The notes: generated by a model from the sequence alone, not told the origin. A DNA stretch of 64,000 bases from the human T2T-CHM13v2.0 reference genome, Homo sapiens (GCF_009914755.1 NC_060935.1); one strand, 5' to 3'; positions 28,401-42,584 are shown, counted from the first letter of the stretch. Numbers and translations: made by a program.

Positions 28401-30590
28401 TAAGTGATTAATCTGGATACTTGCCTTCAAGCAGCAGTTCCCTGTCTAGAGGAGGAAAAGCCAAGTGTCTGTACCCAGTTAGTATCACAAGAGACACCTG
28501 TGGTAGTGAGTGTCAATGTCAGGGAAATGGATTTCATGTTAAATGCCTTGTGCCCAATCTTTTGTGACCCGCCTGAACCTTATGGGCATATCCCCAAACC
28601 ACACTGTGAGCTAGGACTTCATAATGAGGCATTCAGTGTCTACCACTGTTCACAGCCTCACTTCCTAGCCTTTGTAATGAATTACCCTGTTTATGGACAT
28701 GGCTCACTTTCCAGGCTGCCACTCCCCCCTTCCTCACCAGCTTTGATGCCAGCCTATGGCAGTTGTTCATGCTTATTCCCTTGATTAGGCTACTTCTAAC
28801 TCACCTGGTCTTACCAGCCCTTGGGATCCTGCATTTCTACTGCTCCCCCATGAACAGTAGAGCCACCAAGTTCCCCTTGGTCCTACAAGCAGGACCCCAA
28901 ATTCTCTGAGCCGGAGGGTGGATGATGAGTAGTCTCTGTAGGATGGAGTGGTCAGCACAGACTTCATGGAAGACGTAGACTTAGGCTGCTTATGATTTGG
29001 GTGGGGAAAGAGAAAGGATATGGCTATTCTACCCTGGAGCAAAAGAGATCTTTGTTATGACTTGTTAACAGCCATTTAAACCATGATTGTGAAGGAGGAG
29101 TTTAGAACTGGAGCTGCCACAGAGATTCAAGGATTATCTGTGGATTTTGGTGTTGTACTGTTCTTTACCAAAGGGAGGGGTAGGGGACATAAGGGGTTGT
29201 TGGAACAAAAGAAAGAAAATAAAGCCTCTAGTATGGCGTTATATCAGATTCATGGAGTCCTTCTATTCTCTTCCTCCAGACAATTTTTATATTCCTGTGT
29301 TGGGCCTCATTTGAGAGTCTGGTTTTGGCCTCTAACAAGAATGCCCCTTGCAGCCATGTTGTGACCATTCATGCCAATTAAAATGAATAAGAACTAAGTG
29401 ATCGTCTTGCCTTTCACACAAACCAGTGGTTCTCAGCGTTGGTTGCTGGACCCCTACAGTTAATGGCTCTATTTCCAAAGCCTGGTCTTTCCATCCTCTT
29501 CAGTGGGCAAAAAGAGGCATGTGATTAGCCACCAGAGGCCTTAGTCCCACCAGGGCTCTGAGCTGTATCAGAAATCAGACTAAGGAGAGGTGGCTGGAGA
29601 AGCAGTTTGGGAAGGACATAAGCTTTCTCTTTACAGCTGAACATAAACTAAGTTGTTCCACAGGCTTTGCTTAAACTTTTACAGACAGAATTATCACTCT
29701 TCTTTTTAACTCCTTTTTTCTTTCTTGTGTATATTTCAGCCTGAGGCCCTAAAAATAGTTTTTTTATAGAGGAGTATCTTTATTGTCTCACAGCAAATAT
29801 TTTTTAATTTGAAAACAACTCTCAAAAGAATTCTCTCATCTTTTCCCCAAAGTGGTTGACTGAAAAATATTTATTTTATTGTCATTCCCCTCCTCCTACC
29901 TGTCTCTGCTGGGCTGAGTGAAGATTGCAGTGGAATGTTTTAAGTAGTGAGTGGGTGAGTGGCTAGGGAAAGTAAAAGACCTATGCACCTCATGCTAACT
30001 TCTCATGTTAGGGTAGAAGAGCCATCTGATATATTTATTGTTCTATATTAAACTTGAGTCTGATTGGGACTGAGAATGTGAGAGCCTTAGAAATCATCTA
30101 ATCCAAGGAGGAAGAAGGGGACACAGCAATATGTCATGAAAGTTTAGTATGTGTAGGGTAGTGCTTCATACAGCGTTTAATGAGAAAAGTGATCACTTAA
30201 TAGTTTACCATGTGCTATATGTTTTTACATTCATTAAGCACCTGGGAATCATTGATCCTCTTTCACAAGTGAGGAAACTGGGACCCAGTGGAATAAGTTT
30301 TGCCCAGAGGGTACTCAGTTAATAAGTAGAAGAACTGGATTCAGCCTTGATTTCTCTGGCTGTGCACTCCTGCTCCTCTTAGCCTAAAAGGCAAGGTTGA
30401 GAGTTCTGACAGCAGGGAACCTTGTCATCCAAATTACTGACAGTTGCCCCTCAGTTAAGCCGTCTTAGAGGGCGACCGGGCCTTACTCAGTTCTAAGAGG
30501 CATATTCCCCTGGTGCTCCTTAGGGTATTTACACTGTTCCTTCTGCCTGGGCCCTGCAATTGGGCCAATGGTGAGCAAGTGCTTTCCAGG

Positions 30591-30698
30591 TATCGTAAAT
30601 ACATCTTATGACACTTGATTTCTATTGAAATCAATCGTAAATACGATAGATTTCTATTGAAATCTATCGTGAATACATCTTATGACACTTGATTTCTA
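30591..30698. repeat. 34-bp direct repeat separated by a 40-bp spacer made of local inverted copies
   Basis: Copies at 30591-30624 and 30665-30698 differ by one mismatch; three perfect hairpins overlap the spacer. Confidence 0.95.
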
Positions 30699-32719
30699 AG
30701 CCATAAACAGGTTCTTCTTCATATAGATGAAACAGGTTTGAAGTTGTAGAATTATGTCATTTGGGTGCCACAGAAGAGCCGGCTTCTGGAAAAACTGGGA
30801 GGAGGGCAAAATGTGTCTTTAATAATCCTTATTTGCTTCTTTCAGTGCCCGGTACTTATGCCCTAGTCCTGACCCTTTAAAGATTATCATTTCTCTTCCC
30901 CCCAGCAAAATTTAACCTCATCGTAAGATGACAGCTGGCTCATCCAGAAACTCTTCTGCACTCAAGTGGTTTATGGTGTGGTCCCATGGCATACTCTTGT
31001 CTTGTAATACATACTGATTTTTAACTAGGGGCTGAACTGTAAGGAACCTTCTAAGTGCAACACCTTAGACTACAGGAACAATTTTAATAGGGACTTTAGG
31101 CTTAATGGCTTATGGGAGATCTTTTGAAAGTGGCAAAGGCCTTGCTGTTTTTCACATGCTCTCATGTTTGGCATCTGTTACCTCCTCCAGTACATAGAGC
31201 AGTCCTTTGAATTCAAAGCACTGGACTTTGTTCAATCTTGAGATTGGGTAGTGACATATAAAGGATGGAAAGCTGCAGTCTTCAGTTCCTCTCTTGTCTC
31301 TGCTTCAGCTCTATTTGATGTTTTTATGTGTTTTGGGTCATCTAATGGTGACCAGACTAGTGCTGTCTCTCATCTGACAGCACTGAACTGCAGTACAAGG
31401 AGAGCCTCTGGTAAGATTGGCTGAAAGTAAATTGATGTGGTGTTCATCTCTTTGCTGTCTACATCAAGCAACCCTCCTCCCAGGAGGGGCAGATTTCATA
31501 TAGTTCAGACCTGTTGACTGTATCATGAGCTTTTGGAATATTGAGGTTGGAATGCAGGTGGGGATAGCTTTCTTACCTTCTTTTCCGTTTCCTAGGGAAA
31601 CTCATAACAAGAACACTTACTAAAAGGGCAGGGGTAGAACTGGGTAGTAGTAAACAGGGAAGGAACAAGGCAGTAGGAGAACAGGGACCCTCTATTCCCT
31701 TTCATAAACGTCCACTTCTCAGTTATACTCATCTGAGAAGACATGCTGGCAGAGATGCTTGAGTTATTAACTAGGCATAAGACACCTCATAGTTTCTTGT
31801 TTTTTCCATTTCAGAGCCCTCCCACTGTCCCTGGCCCAGACTTTAGACTCCTGGACAAGTGAGTCTGGCTTTGACAAAGAGGGAGCCCTAGCCTCTGCTT
31901 GGGAGCAAGTGTCCATTTGCTCCAGACCCCCAGCATCATGACATTGGCACCTGTAATACTCTTCCAAGCTGAGTTGTAGATCTGTGCTGATGATGTAATC
32001 ACATTTGAGCATCCTAATGCCTGCTGGCCCCCATGTAGGCTTTATATTGAGTTACCACTGGGTGTTTGTTTTTCTTTTTTTCCTGAAACATCTGCTTGTG
32101 CTGCCTCAGGGAGTGTCACACAGAACACAGCCTGTATATTTTAAGCATAGCCCTTGTTCACATTTTGAAGTGCTGGCAATGTGGTAGATGCCATATGGAG
32201 CCCTGACACCCTTCTCACCTCCTGTTCTTTCCCATCTACACCCCCCGCCCTGACATTTTCTTAGGAGACACTTCAAGCATGACCCATAAAGATAAGCATT
32301 AGGAGCTGCTGATGAGACACGTTCTCTCACTGGACCATCGCACATTTTATCTCAGCCATTCTGAACTTTTCACAGCTCCTTGAACATGCCAAGCTGTTTC
32401 ACATCTTCAAGAGTTTGTTCAAGCTGTTCCCTCCACCTGGCATACCCCCCGCTCCTTGCCCCGTTGTCTTCCTAGAAAATACCAATCCATCTGTCAACAC
32501 TCAGTGATAAAGTCTTCTCTGACTCTGTAGGTGGAATTTAGCACTTCTTCTCTTATGGCTCATAGCTACATTCTTTGCTATACTGTGAGCTCCTGAATGG
32601 TAGAGATATCTGATACACCACTGTGTTCCATCACTGGCATGTATTTGGGGCTCAGTCACTGTGAGGTGAAAGAATAGCCACTGACTTCAGGAGGGGAGTG
32701 ATACAAAAACAGTTGAATT

Positions 32720-33220
32720 TAGTTGAGTACTCATTAGGCAGCAGGCTGAACACATTATATCCATTATCTCATTTAATATTTGCATCAACTCTTAAGAGGT
32801 AGATCTTAATACCATCCCTTCCTGAGGAGTTGCCCCTACACACACACACACACACACTCTCTCTCATCATTCTCTATTCCAGCATCCTGGTTTATTTTCT
32901 TCATATCCACTATCTGAAATTATTTACGTGTTTGTTGTCAACTTACTGGAAATTAAGCTCCATGAAAACAAGGACTTTGTCAGTCGTTTTCACTGCTATT
33001 TTACCTATTTGAGTGCCTTATATACTGTGGGTACTCAATAAATACTTGTTCACTGAAAGCACAAATGAAGGAATGACTCCCCATTTCACAGATGAGGAAA
33101 CTGAGGCCTAGATGTTAAATAGCTTTGCCAAAGTTACACAGCTCAGAGCTGAAGGGCTTGGATGGTAAGTAATCCTGGTCTCATTCCAAAGTGGATGATC
33201 CTAACATATTATACTACCTC
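32720..33220 (-). mobile_element. MIR interrupted by (CA)n and a + strand L2 tail (~32860-33075)
   Basis: MIR halves flank ...actcaataaatacttgtt...aatgaaggaatga; MIR resumes at ccccatttcacagatgaggaaactgagg. Confidence 0.65.
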
Positions 33221-33986
33221 CTGTAGGAATTCTTCAAGTAGACAGATCTTAGTGCTCGTAGAGAAAGGTATGCTTTCCTGCTGGATGTAGTTTTTACCTT
33301 GAAGGTTTACCTTCCCTGCCTCTTATCTCACCAGTGAAATCCCTCCTTCTGGGCCAAAGCAAGTTATGAGAGCTGCCATATGCCAGCTGCCAAATGTCTT
33401 CAGTGCCAGGCATGTTGCCAAACTAGGGGTAAAATAGTGAATGAGAAACAAATGCAGCCTCCAAAGAGCTCAAGTGACAAAGACTGACTTTTACAACATA
33501 ACGGTGCTGAGGTGCACTGAAGCCCTGAACCTCTGGAGGCTGCAAGGATAGAGCAGTGATGTGTCAGACCACCTGCATCACTGGTTCCCTGATGGCACTT
33601 AATTCAAATTTCATCCTTTGGTAGGGTCTAGTGAAAATCAGCTCAAACCTTGAAAGATATTTCTATGTAACCTAATTAAATGAGTGAGACCTTGGTGCCT
33701 CTCACTGCAGGACAGGCAGGATTGAAAATGAAACCAATATCTGACCCAACGAGATTCTGTCCTAAGTTCAGGGGAACAGGTTTTGGTGGCAGGCCCTTTT
33801 ACATGACTGTTTGCTGGAGCCCACAAGAACCAAGATGAGAATCTGAGGGAAATGGCCACTTTGCAGCCAGGTTACAACAGGAGAGTCATGACCGGCTGCA
33901 GTTATAAAAACTGAAAAAAAAAAAAAAAATCTAGCTGTGCGGCTTCTTTTTTAAAAAACAAACAACAAATAAAAAGACACTATTGG

Positions 33987-34499
<513 letters not shown>

Positions 34500-35529
34500 T
34501 CATTGCCCGGGGCCAAAAACAAGAGCCAGGCCATGGTAGTTTCAGCGCTGCCTAGGATTGTGGGACCTTGGGATGTTACTTCCTTTGTCTACTCTGTATT
34601 TTCTTCGTCTGTAAAATGGAGTGTTAATGCTGTTACACAGGGTTATTATGAAAACTGTAAAGATTTGGATGAAGTGATTAATTAGTTCAGTGTCTAGCAA
34701 GTAATAACTTCCATTTATTAATTGTAAGTGCTTATAATGTATAATTATCCTCATTTTACAGATATGGAAACTTTAAAGAGGCATCTCACCCAAGGTTGTA
34801 CTGCTAATGCATGCTGGAATGGGGTCTCAAAACTTAGTTGTGTGCTTTTTCCATGATCAGTCTCAACCACCACAATAACTAACCCAGCTCTCCCACTTCT
34901 GGATCCATGCCTCAGCTGACATTTCATCTGAGGGAAAGAGGGGAGCCATGAATTAAGTATCCCCTTACCTCTATCTTGGCCTTGCTGACTTGATATCATC
35001 CTCATCTCTCTCCCTTCATAGACTGTTAGGGTAAGAGGTGGATAAAGTATTAGAATCCAAGCCTGCCTTGAGAACAGCTCACAGCTGGGTTGTGGAGAGT
35101 TAGAAGTTGGCAAACACACAGCTGTTTTATAGAGAAGCCAGATGAGAACATTTCTTCATGGAGGTGAATTTGTTCTTCAGGTTTCTTTGTTTAGGGAAGG
35201 CTGGATATGAGCTTGCTTCTGCTTTGTCACTGTAACAGTATTCCCTGTCCATGGGCCACGCCATCCTTTACTCATACGGCTTCCAGTAAGGCTTACTTGT
35301 TTGTAAGAATAATCAGTTTATGATGCAGCATTTTAATTCAGTCTAGAGCTCCAGTGGTTATGTGTGCCTGGTCATTGCAGAGACAATTAGAAAAGAAATG
35401 GAGGTTGGATTTACCTGTCAAAGTAAGCTGTTCATGAGATTCCTAGGCAGTGTCTCCATGACCAGCAAGTGGCCCATGGTTTGCCTGGGAAGGTTTCTTG
35501 AACAGTCACGCTTTATACGATTGTTTTGA

Positions 35530-36240
35530 TCATTTATTCATTCACTCAAAAACATTTGTTGCAGTTTCACCAGTGCCAAGCACATTACCAGGTACTGGTG
35601 ATACGGCAGGGAACAAAATAGTTAAAGCCGTTTGCCACCACAAAATAATTTTAGATAGTGATCAGTGCTATGAAGACAATACAGCAATTTAGTGTAATAG
35701 TACAGGGATGGGGTGGCTACTCTAGATTTCCTGGTCCAGGACAGCATCTGAAAAGATGATATTGGAGCTGAGACCTGAATGTTAATGAGTCATTCATTCC
35801 AAGATGTGAGGGTAAGAGCTTTGAGGCAGACCAGCAAAGCACAAGCCTTAAGGCACAAACAAGATCAGCTTACTTGGGGAACAGAAAGAAAGCCAGCGTG
35901 GCTGGAAGGTGGCATGAATCAGGCTGGAAAGGGAGAGAGGGGCCAAAGCATGTAGGAATCTGTGGGCTATGGACTTTATTCTAGGGGTTATAGGAAGCCA
36001 TTGAAGGATTTTTAAATGGGGTACTGATATAATCTATTGCACATTTTTGAAATATTATTCTGAATACAGTTTGGATAATAGGCAATAGTGCATTAAGATT
36101 AGAAGTAGGAAGACTAGTCAAGAAGCAACTCCAATAGTTCAAGCAGGAGATGGTGGCAGCAGTGGAGAAGATGAATGGACACACATGGGAGAGGTTGTGC
36201 AGGGTGAGTCAATAGGACATGCTATTGGACTCAGTGGGAT
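35530..36240 (-). mobile_element. L2a LINE 3' portion
   Basis: catttattcattcactc tail, and gagctgagacctgaa / ggaagccattgaaggattttt body motifs. Confidence 0.75.
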
Positions 36241-36589
36241 AGGGAGATGGTGCTGCTAAGATTTTGAGCACCATGCTTGGCACATAGAATGCATTCTTAT
36301 TCATGATAGCTGTCACCGTCTTTATTTTTTAAATGGCCTGTACACTAAAAGAACAAACTTGAGAAGGAATCTTTAGCCCATTGGAATGACAGCATGGTGC
36401 CTAGAGTGTACAGGTGACAACAGTGTTAACTCTTCCCGTTTTTTTTTAATAGATAGCAGTTTCAGAGGAAATGGGTGTTGCAGGTATGGTGAAATATTCA
36501 GGAGCCAGAAACTGACTTCCAGTCGATCTCACTCTACCATCAACTCACTGTATGACTTTTAGTCTCTCTTAGTCTTGGTTTCTTCATAT

Positions 36590-36850
36590 GATGTTATTAA
36601 ATAACTATAAAATGTTTTGAGCACTTACTGTGTGATAGGTACTATGTCAAGCTCTTTATATATCTGCCAACCACTTCATATACATTAATCTAATTTAATC
36701 CTTCCAGCAGCTCTTCTGGTAGGTACTACATTGTCCACTATTTCCAAGTACGAACACCGACCTCAAAATCACACAGCTAGTAAGTGGCAGAGCTGTGATT
36801 CAAACCCAGGTGTTTGTGACTCCTAGGTCCATATTCGTAACCCGCTGCCA
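36590..36850 (-). mobile_element. MIR SINE
   Basis: gagcacttactgtgtg...cacacagctagtaagtggcagagctgtgattcaaacccagg. Confidence 0.8.
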
Positions 36851-36958
36851 TATGAAAAGTAGCACTAGGTCATTATGGGTTGGTATACTTCCAACTTCCT
36901 ACAACTTCAGTTGAAGGTCATCATCATGGGACTCCCAAAGCTACTGAGAACTGTTTTC

Positions 36959-36991
36959 TGTGTGTGTGTGCGCGCGCGCACGTGTGTGTAT
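36959..36991. repeat. (TG)6(CG)4-containing alternating purine-pyrimidine tract
   Basis: tgtgtgtgtgtgcgcgcgcgcacgtgtgtgtat. Confidence 0.95.
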
Positions 36992-37894
36992 CTGCCTCGC
37001 TCGCTGTCACACACACACTTGTGCATGCACACATACAGCGTGAATCTCTATTCAGACAGAGATTAGAGATAAGTGTCAAGTATATTTATTTATTGATCCT
37101 TTCTCTTTTTCTCTTTGGTAACTTGTGAGATACAGCAGCTGAGGCAACAGGAAATTTGAAGTCCAGCATTTTATTAAATCTTACGTTTAAGATTTCTATG
37201 GAAGGAAACTGCTTGAGAGAGATTTGGTTTCCATTATACACATGCCAAAAGAAGATGAGGAAACTGGGTCAGGTGGATTTCCTGAAGGTACAGGAAGCAG
37301 GGAAGGCAAGTCCTTGGGCTAATTTCTGCTTCTAACTCTCCACCCCCTGAAATTGCCTGGGCCCTAGTAGAGGGTATAGGAAAGGTTCCTTTCAGACCTC
37401 ATCACAGGAGATCGCCAGTGATAGAAAATCCAGCAGCACTGGGGGGAGGAAAGGGAAGCTGGGGAAGGCCAATGTAAAGGCAAAGAAAAGGAAAAACTTA
37501 ACTGGCCCCAGGGCATTTTTCTCTTGAAGTTCAACAGGAAACTGAGTAATGTAGAAGTTATTTTAAAGAGATGGAACAGATAGACCCATACATGCATATA
37601 TATGCACACACTGTATCCCATGCCAGGTCATCTCCCTGCAGACACTTTGAAATTGCCCCGTTATTGGCAAGGGTGTGGGGAAAATGGGCATTCCTGTGCC
37701 GATGTGAGTAATGATTGTAAATCAATATAAGATTTCTGGAGGGTAGTATCAAATGCCTCTAAAACCATATCTCTTGTGTTCTTTGCAGAATATCTGATTT
37801 TAGGTCTGGGGAGGAAATAGCTAAGCCTGAAGGCTGTGTAGTGCTAGAAAGTAGGGAAGTGCTCAAAAACAAAAACAAAACAAAAAACCAGAAA

Positions 37895-39290
37895 ACCGTT
37901 ATTGATGGGGATATGTCAATGGAACATAGGACCCAACTAACAGAGCACTCAAAGGCCAAAGCTGAGCAGTTTGAGCAACAAAATAGTAATATTGGATTAT
38001 AACCCAAAGAATAAAATAAACATCCATGAGTCCATTCTGATATAAATGATCAAATAAATAAATGAAGGAGAAGAGACAAAGCTCATGTTTGAAAGTATTC
38101 CACATAATGTATGTAGATATTTCACCCTCAAGGAGAGGGAACGTAACTCCTCACTCTTTAAGTATAGGTGGCTCGTAGTGACTTCCTTCCAGAGAATACA
38201 CTGTGGGAATGGGAAAAAAGAGTAGCCATACCATAGAAAAACATGACAAGCACTACCTCAGCCAGGTGGTCAAGGCCACCTTCAACAGTGCTGTCATATT
38301 GATAGTATCAACCCTTGATATGATGTAATGATAATGGCACTTTACCTCTGTAATTTTCCTTCCAAAAGCCCATAACCATGGGCTAATTGTGAGAAAAACA
38401 TCAGACAGCTTCCGATTGAGGGACATTCTGCAAAATACCTGATCAGCACCCCTCAAAACCGTCCTCACCATCACAAACAAGAAAAGTCTGAGAAACTGTC
38501 AGAGCCGAGAGGAGCCTATGGAAACTTAATGATGAAATGTGGTATTCTGAGTGAAATCTGGAGCAGGAAAGGGACTTTAGGGAAAAACTAAGGAAATCTC
38601 AAAATATGAACTTTAGTATGAAGGTATCAGTATTGGTTCTGTGAACCTCAAATATCTGAGACAGGTCTCAGTCAATTTAAAAAGTTTATTTTGCCAAGGT
38701 TAAGGACACACCCATGACACAGCCTCAGAAGGTCCTGATGACATGTCCCCAAGGTGGTCGGGGCACAGCATGGTTTCATACATTTTAGGGAGACATGAGA
38801 CTTCAATCAATATATGTAAGATATACATTGGTTCGGTCCACAAAGGCAGGACAACTTGAAGTGGGGAGGCAGCTTCCAGGTCATAAGTAGATAAAGGACA
38901 AATGGTTGCATTCTTTTGAGTTTCTGATTAGCTTTCCACTGAATCAAAGGAAGCAATTGGATATGCATTTGTCTCACGTGAGCAGAGGGATGACTTTGTT
39001 GTCTGTCCTTTGTGAGGGCAGTATGTAGCTTTTTTATCTTTGTAGCCATCTTATTTAGGAACAGAATGGGGGACAAGTTTGCTGGTCGCGGTTCCCAGCT
39101 TGACTTTTCCCTTTGGCTTAGTGATTTTGGGGTCCCGAGATTTATTTTCCTTTCATAGTTCATTGGCAACAAATATACCATGCTAATGTATGATGTTCAT
39201 AGTAGGGGAGACTAAGTATGGGAATCCTCTGTACTATCTTTGCAATTTTTTGGTAAATCTAAAGCTGTTCTAAAAATTAAAGCTTATAAA
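37895..39290 (+). mobile_element. Old L1MC/L1MD-type LINE 3'UTR, split by MER4A
   Basis: gtgacttccttcca, tgagaaaaacatcagac and ctctgtactatctttgcaattttt...aaatctaaa motifs; sequence is continuous across the LTR. Confidence 0.7.
38640..39157 (-). mobile_element. MER4A-type ERV1 solo LTR
   Basis: Minus strand begins tatgaaaggaaaataaatctcgggaccccaaaatcactaagcc; 4-bp TSD GTTC at 38636-38639 and 39158-39161. Confidence 0.9.
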
Positions 39291-40762
39291 ACAAATGCAA
39301 ACATGCCTTTGGACCCAGGAGGAAACTCCTGGGAATTTTTCTTTGGAAATAACTAAGGATGATTCATCCACAATGATGTGTGTCACAGAGATGTGGGTAA
39401 TAGTGAAAAGGTAGAAATAATTTAAATGCCCAATATTAGGTATGATAAATCCATACAAATCAATCATGATCATAATCTTACAGAAATATATTTCTTGATA
39501 TGACATTCATGATTGATAACTGAGTGGAAAAAGCAGACTGTGAAGGAGACTGTCAAGTATGAGCTGATTTTATAAAAGATAACTTATTTTTATATATGTA
39601 TAGAAGGTGTATGGGGAAATATATTTCACTGTGATAATGGTGATTATCTGTGGTGGTAACATAATGGAATTTTTTTTCTTTTTTATGGAACCAATACTTG
39701 TGTGTTACAGAAAGTAAAAAGCAACAAAAAAGAAAAAGTTACTCTTTGAATTAAAAAAATAAGGCTGTAAATGATTCTATTCTAAATCCAGCAGCAGTAA
39801 AGGACTCAGTCCTAAAGAAGGGAATTCTGAGAGCAGATGGGACACTGGCAACCTACAAGCCTGCCTGTTACTTCCGTTCAGTCACCTCCCTATTGCAGGG
39901 CACTGCCTGGGCAGGCCTGCTGGCTCCTTTTAATCTTCCATAGAAGTAGGCCATCCCCACACAGGTTCTGCCAAGTGCAAGAAAGGTAGCTACCTATAAA
40001 AACAGTAAATAGGCTGCAAGGTACATGGAGATCAATTCAAACTTGGCACTGTGGTCAGAGTGTGGGCCTGAGGTCATGCTGGAGACCCAAGGCTCTCTCA
40101 GAGGTCCCTAAATAGGTCTGGAGAGACAGAGTCAGCTGTGAGGGCTGAGACAAACTCAGGTCTGTATTTCTTCTTCTTCTATAGTAATCCTACTCATCTC
40201 TGGCATTTTTTCATCTTAAAAAAGCACGTGCTTGTATCTTCCATCTCTTCATGGTAGGTGTTAATATCCCATTTTTTCAGGTGAAAACATTTTGCCTCAG
40301 AAAACTTCAGAAAAGACAGGCTCATCTCTTACCCAAGTTCAGTTCATTTCTGGGGGTTCTAGAGTCTGATTGCTTAACCTAGTTCTATTATTTACAAGTC
40401 GTGTACCTTAAGCAGGTCTTGCAGCCTCTCTGGGCCTCATTTTTCTCATCTGTAGAATGGAGATAATACCAGAAGCTATCGGTGAGTTTATGTATATAGA
40501 TGTCTTAGCACAGTTTGTGGAACATTGAGTAAGCCCTCTGTGAATAGTGGCCATTACTGAAAGAGAGAAGGCTCATAGGATAAAATAGAACCCGAACTAG
40601 AGAGAGAAGAGCCCTTCTCCTTGTGGTTTAAGAAGGAATTGCAGTGAGGCTAGAGCGAAGTCAAACTTTTTTTAAGACCCATGATGAAATAAAGAATCAT
40701 GGGACTTTTGCTCATGGCAGAGCTTACTCTTGGGTCTGCACTAGGTAATGATCAGGCAGTAC

Positions 40763-41369
40763 TGTGTCTGGAATTTATTCCTTCCAGTGGGTTCTTGATC
40801 TCGCTGACTTCAAGAATGAAGCCGCGGACCTTCGCGGTGAGTGTTACAGCTCTTAAAGGTGGCGTGTCCAGAGTTTGTTCCTTCAGATGTTCAGATGTGT
40901 CCGGAGTTTCTTCCTTCCAGTGGGTTTGTGGTCTTGCTGACTTCAGGAATGAAGCCACGGACCTTCACGGCGAGTGTTACAGCTCTTAAAGGTGGTACAG
41001 ACCCAAAGAGTGAGCGAGCAGCAAGATTTATTATGAAGAGCGAAAGAACAAAGCTTCCATGCTGTGGAAGGGGACCCGAGTGGGTTGCTGCTGCTGGCTC
41101 AGGTGGCCAGCTTTTATTCCCTTATTTGGCCCCACCCACATCCTGCTGATTGTTGTGCTTACAGTCCTTTAGCTAGACACAGAGCACTGATTCGTGCATT
41201 TTTACAGAGTGCTGATTGGTGTGTTTACAATCCTTTAGCTAGACACAGAGCACTGATTGGTGCGTTTTTACAGAATGCTGATTGGTGCATTTACAATCCT
41301 TTAGCTAGACACAGAAAAGTTCTCCAACTTCCCACTCGACCCAGGAGGTCCAGCTGGCTTCACCTCTCA
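40763..41369 (-). mobile_element. LTR12 family (ERV9; LTR12/LTR12F-like) solo LTR
   Basis: Minus-strand termini TGAGAGGTGAAGCC...AATTCCAGACACA; internal CCAAT-containing tandem repeats; 4-bp TSD GTAC at 40759-40762 and 41370-41373. Confidence 0.95.
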
Positions 41370-42584
41370 GTACCGGGCATCAACCCAGTATTTGGGCCCA
41401 GCCAGAAAGAGGTGAAAGGACTTGGAACATTTAGGCCATCCTTCAGATTGTGGTGATGGGATAGAGAGGGGCACAGGAAGCAAAGAGAGACAGCTGTATG
41501 AATGAGAGCAAATTAATTAGCTCAGCAAGTCTATATGTTGGAGGGAAGCTTTCTTAGTTTTTGTCTGGTTTGGAGTTTTCCTAAACTTTGCTTAAAATGC
41601 AAGGCATCCTAATTTCCCAGATAAGGATACTGGGTCCTAGAGTCACACAGCAGAACCAGGACTAGAACTCTGGTATTTTCATCATGTTTTTCTCAGTTAG
41701 CCCAAAATAGACCAAGGACATTTTACTTTATTTTGTAAAGTTCAGATCCCTTAAAGCACAGTAACCTCCTTATTTTCAGCTCAGGCTGTTGGGGCAGGTG
41801 AGTGTGGGACAGAGGGGACAAAGAAGGCAACTCGCTCTGTCTAGTAAAGAAAGGTCCCTGGATCCGAGTGTTTAGTCTGTCTCCCCAGCAGTGCTGATCG
41901 CATATTTACTGCAACTAGGCAACCACTTCCTCAGATACTGAAAGTGTGAGACTTCCCAATTGGCTCCTTGTACAATGCCCAGGCAGTGTAATTTTTGGAG
42001 AATATTAAATCTATCTTTTTGAATTTCAGCTGACTCTAGCCTTCGTTCCTTGTCAATACCTCTTAATTCCACCATCCTCCTGAGTTAAATAATCCTTTTA
42101 CAGCAATAATCAATTAATAGATAACCAAGAACTCAGAAGACATGAGTGATGCCAAGTCACATTAAGTTGTACTATATGCTTAGGAAAAGAAACTATTAAA
42201 CTTGCAAAGTCAGAATGCCTGCTACCTGATTTATTAACTTCCCCTTTATGCCCCTAAAGCTCTGGGGACAGAAGCCAAAAAGCTAAGCTGCCTATATATG
42301 CAGCCTAACTAAAAAATGGTCACAGTGAAACACTGTAAAATGATTATGATAAAATATAATCATTTTATCAGCAGGTGTTTAGGGTCTGAATGTGGAGCTT
42401 ATGGCATGCCTCTGACATTTCAGTTTCACAGGCACCACATCAGACAGTAAGCCCAACTCAGAGAAGGGATACAGCATTCTGCTTACTGGAATGCCTTAGT
42501 CTCATTCTGTCACCCCATCCCCTACCCACAACCAAGAAAGTGTTAAATTTCACACCATCCTCCTGGTCAGAATTTAGGAGCTCC

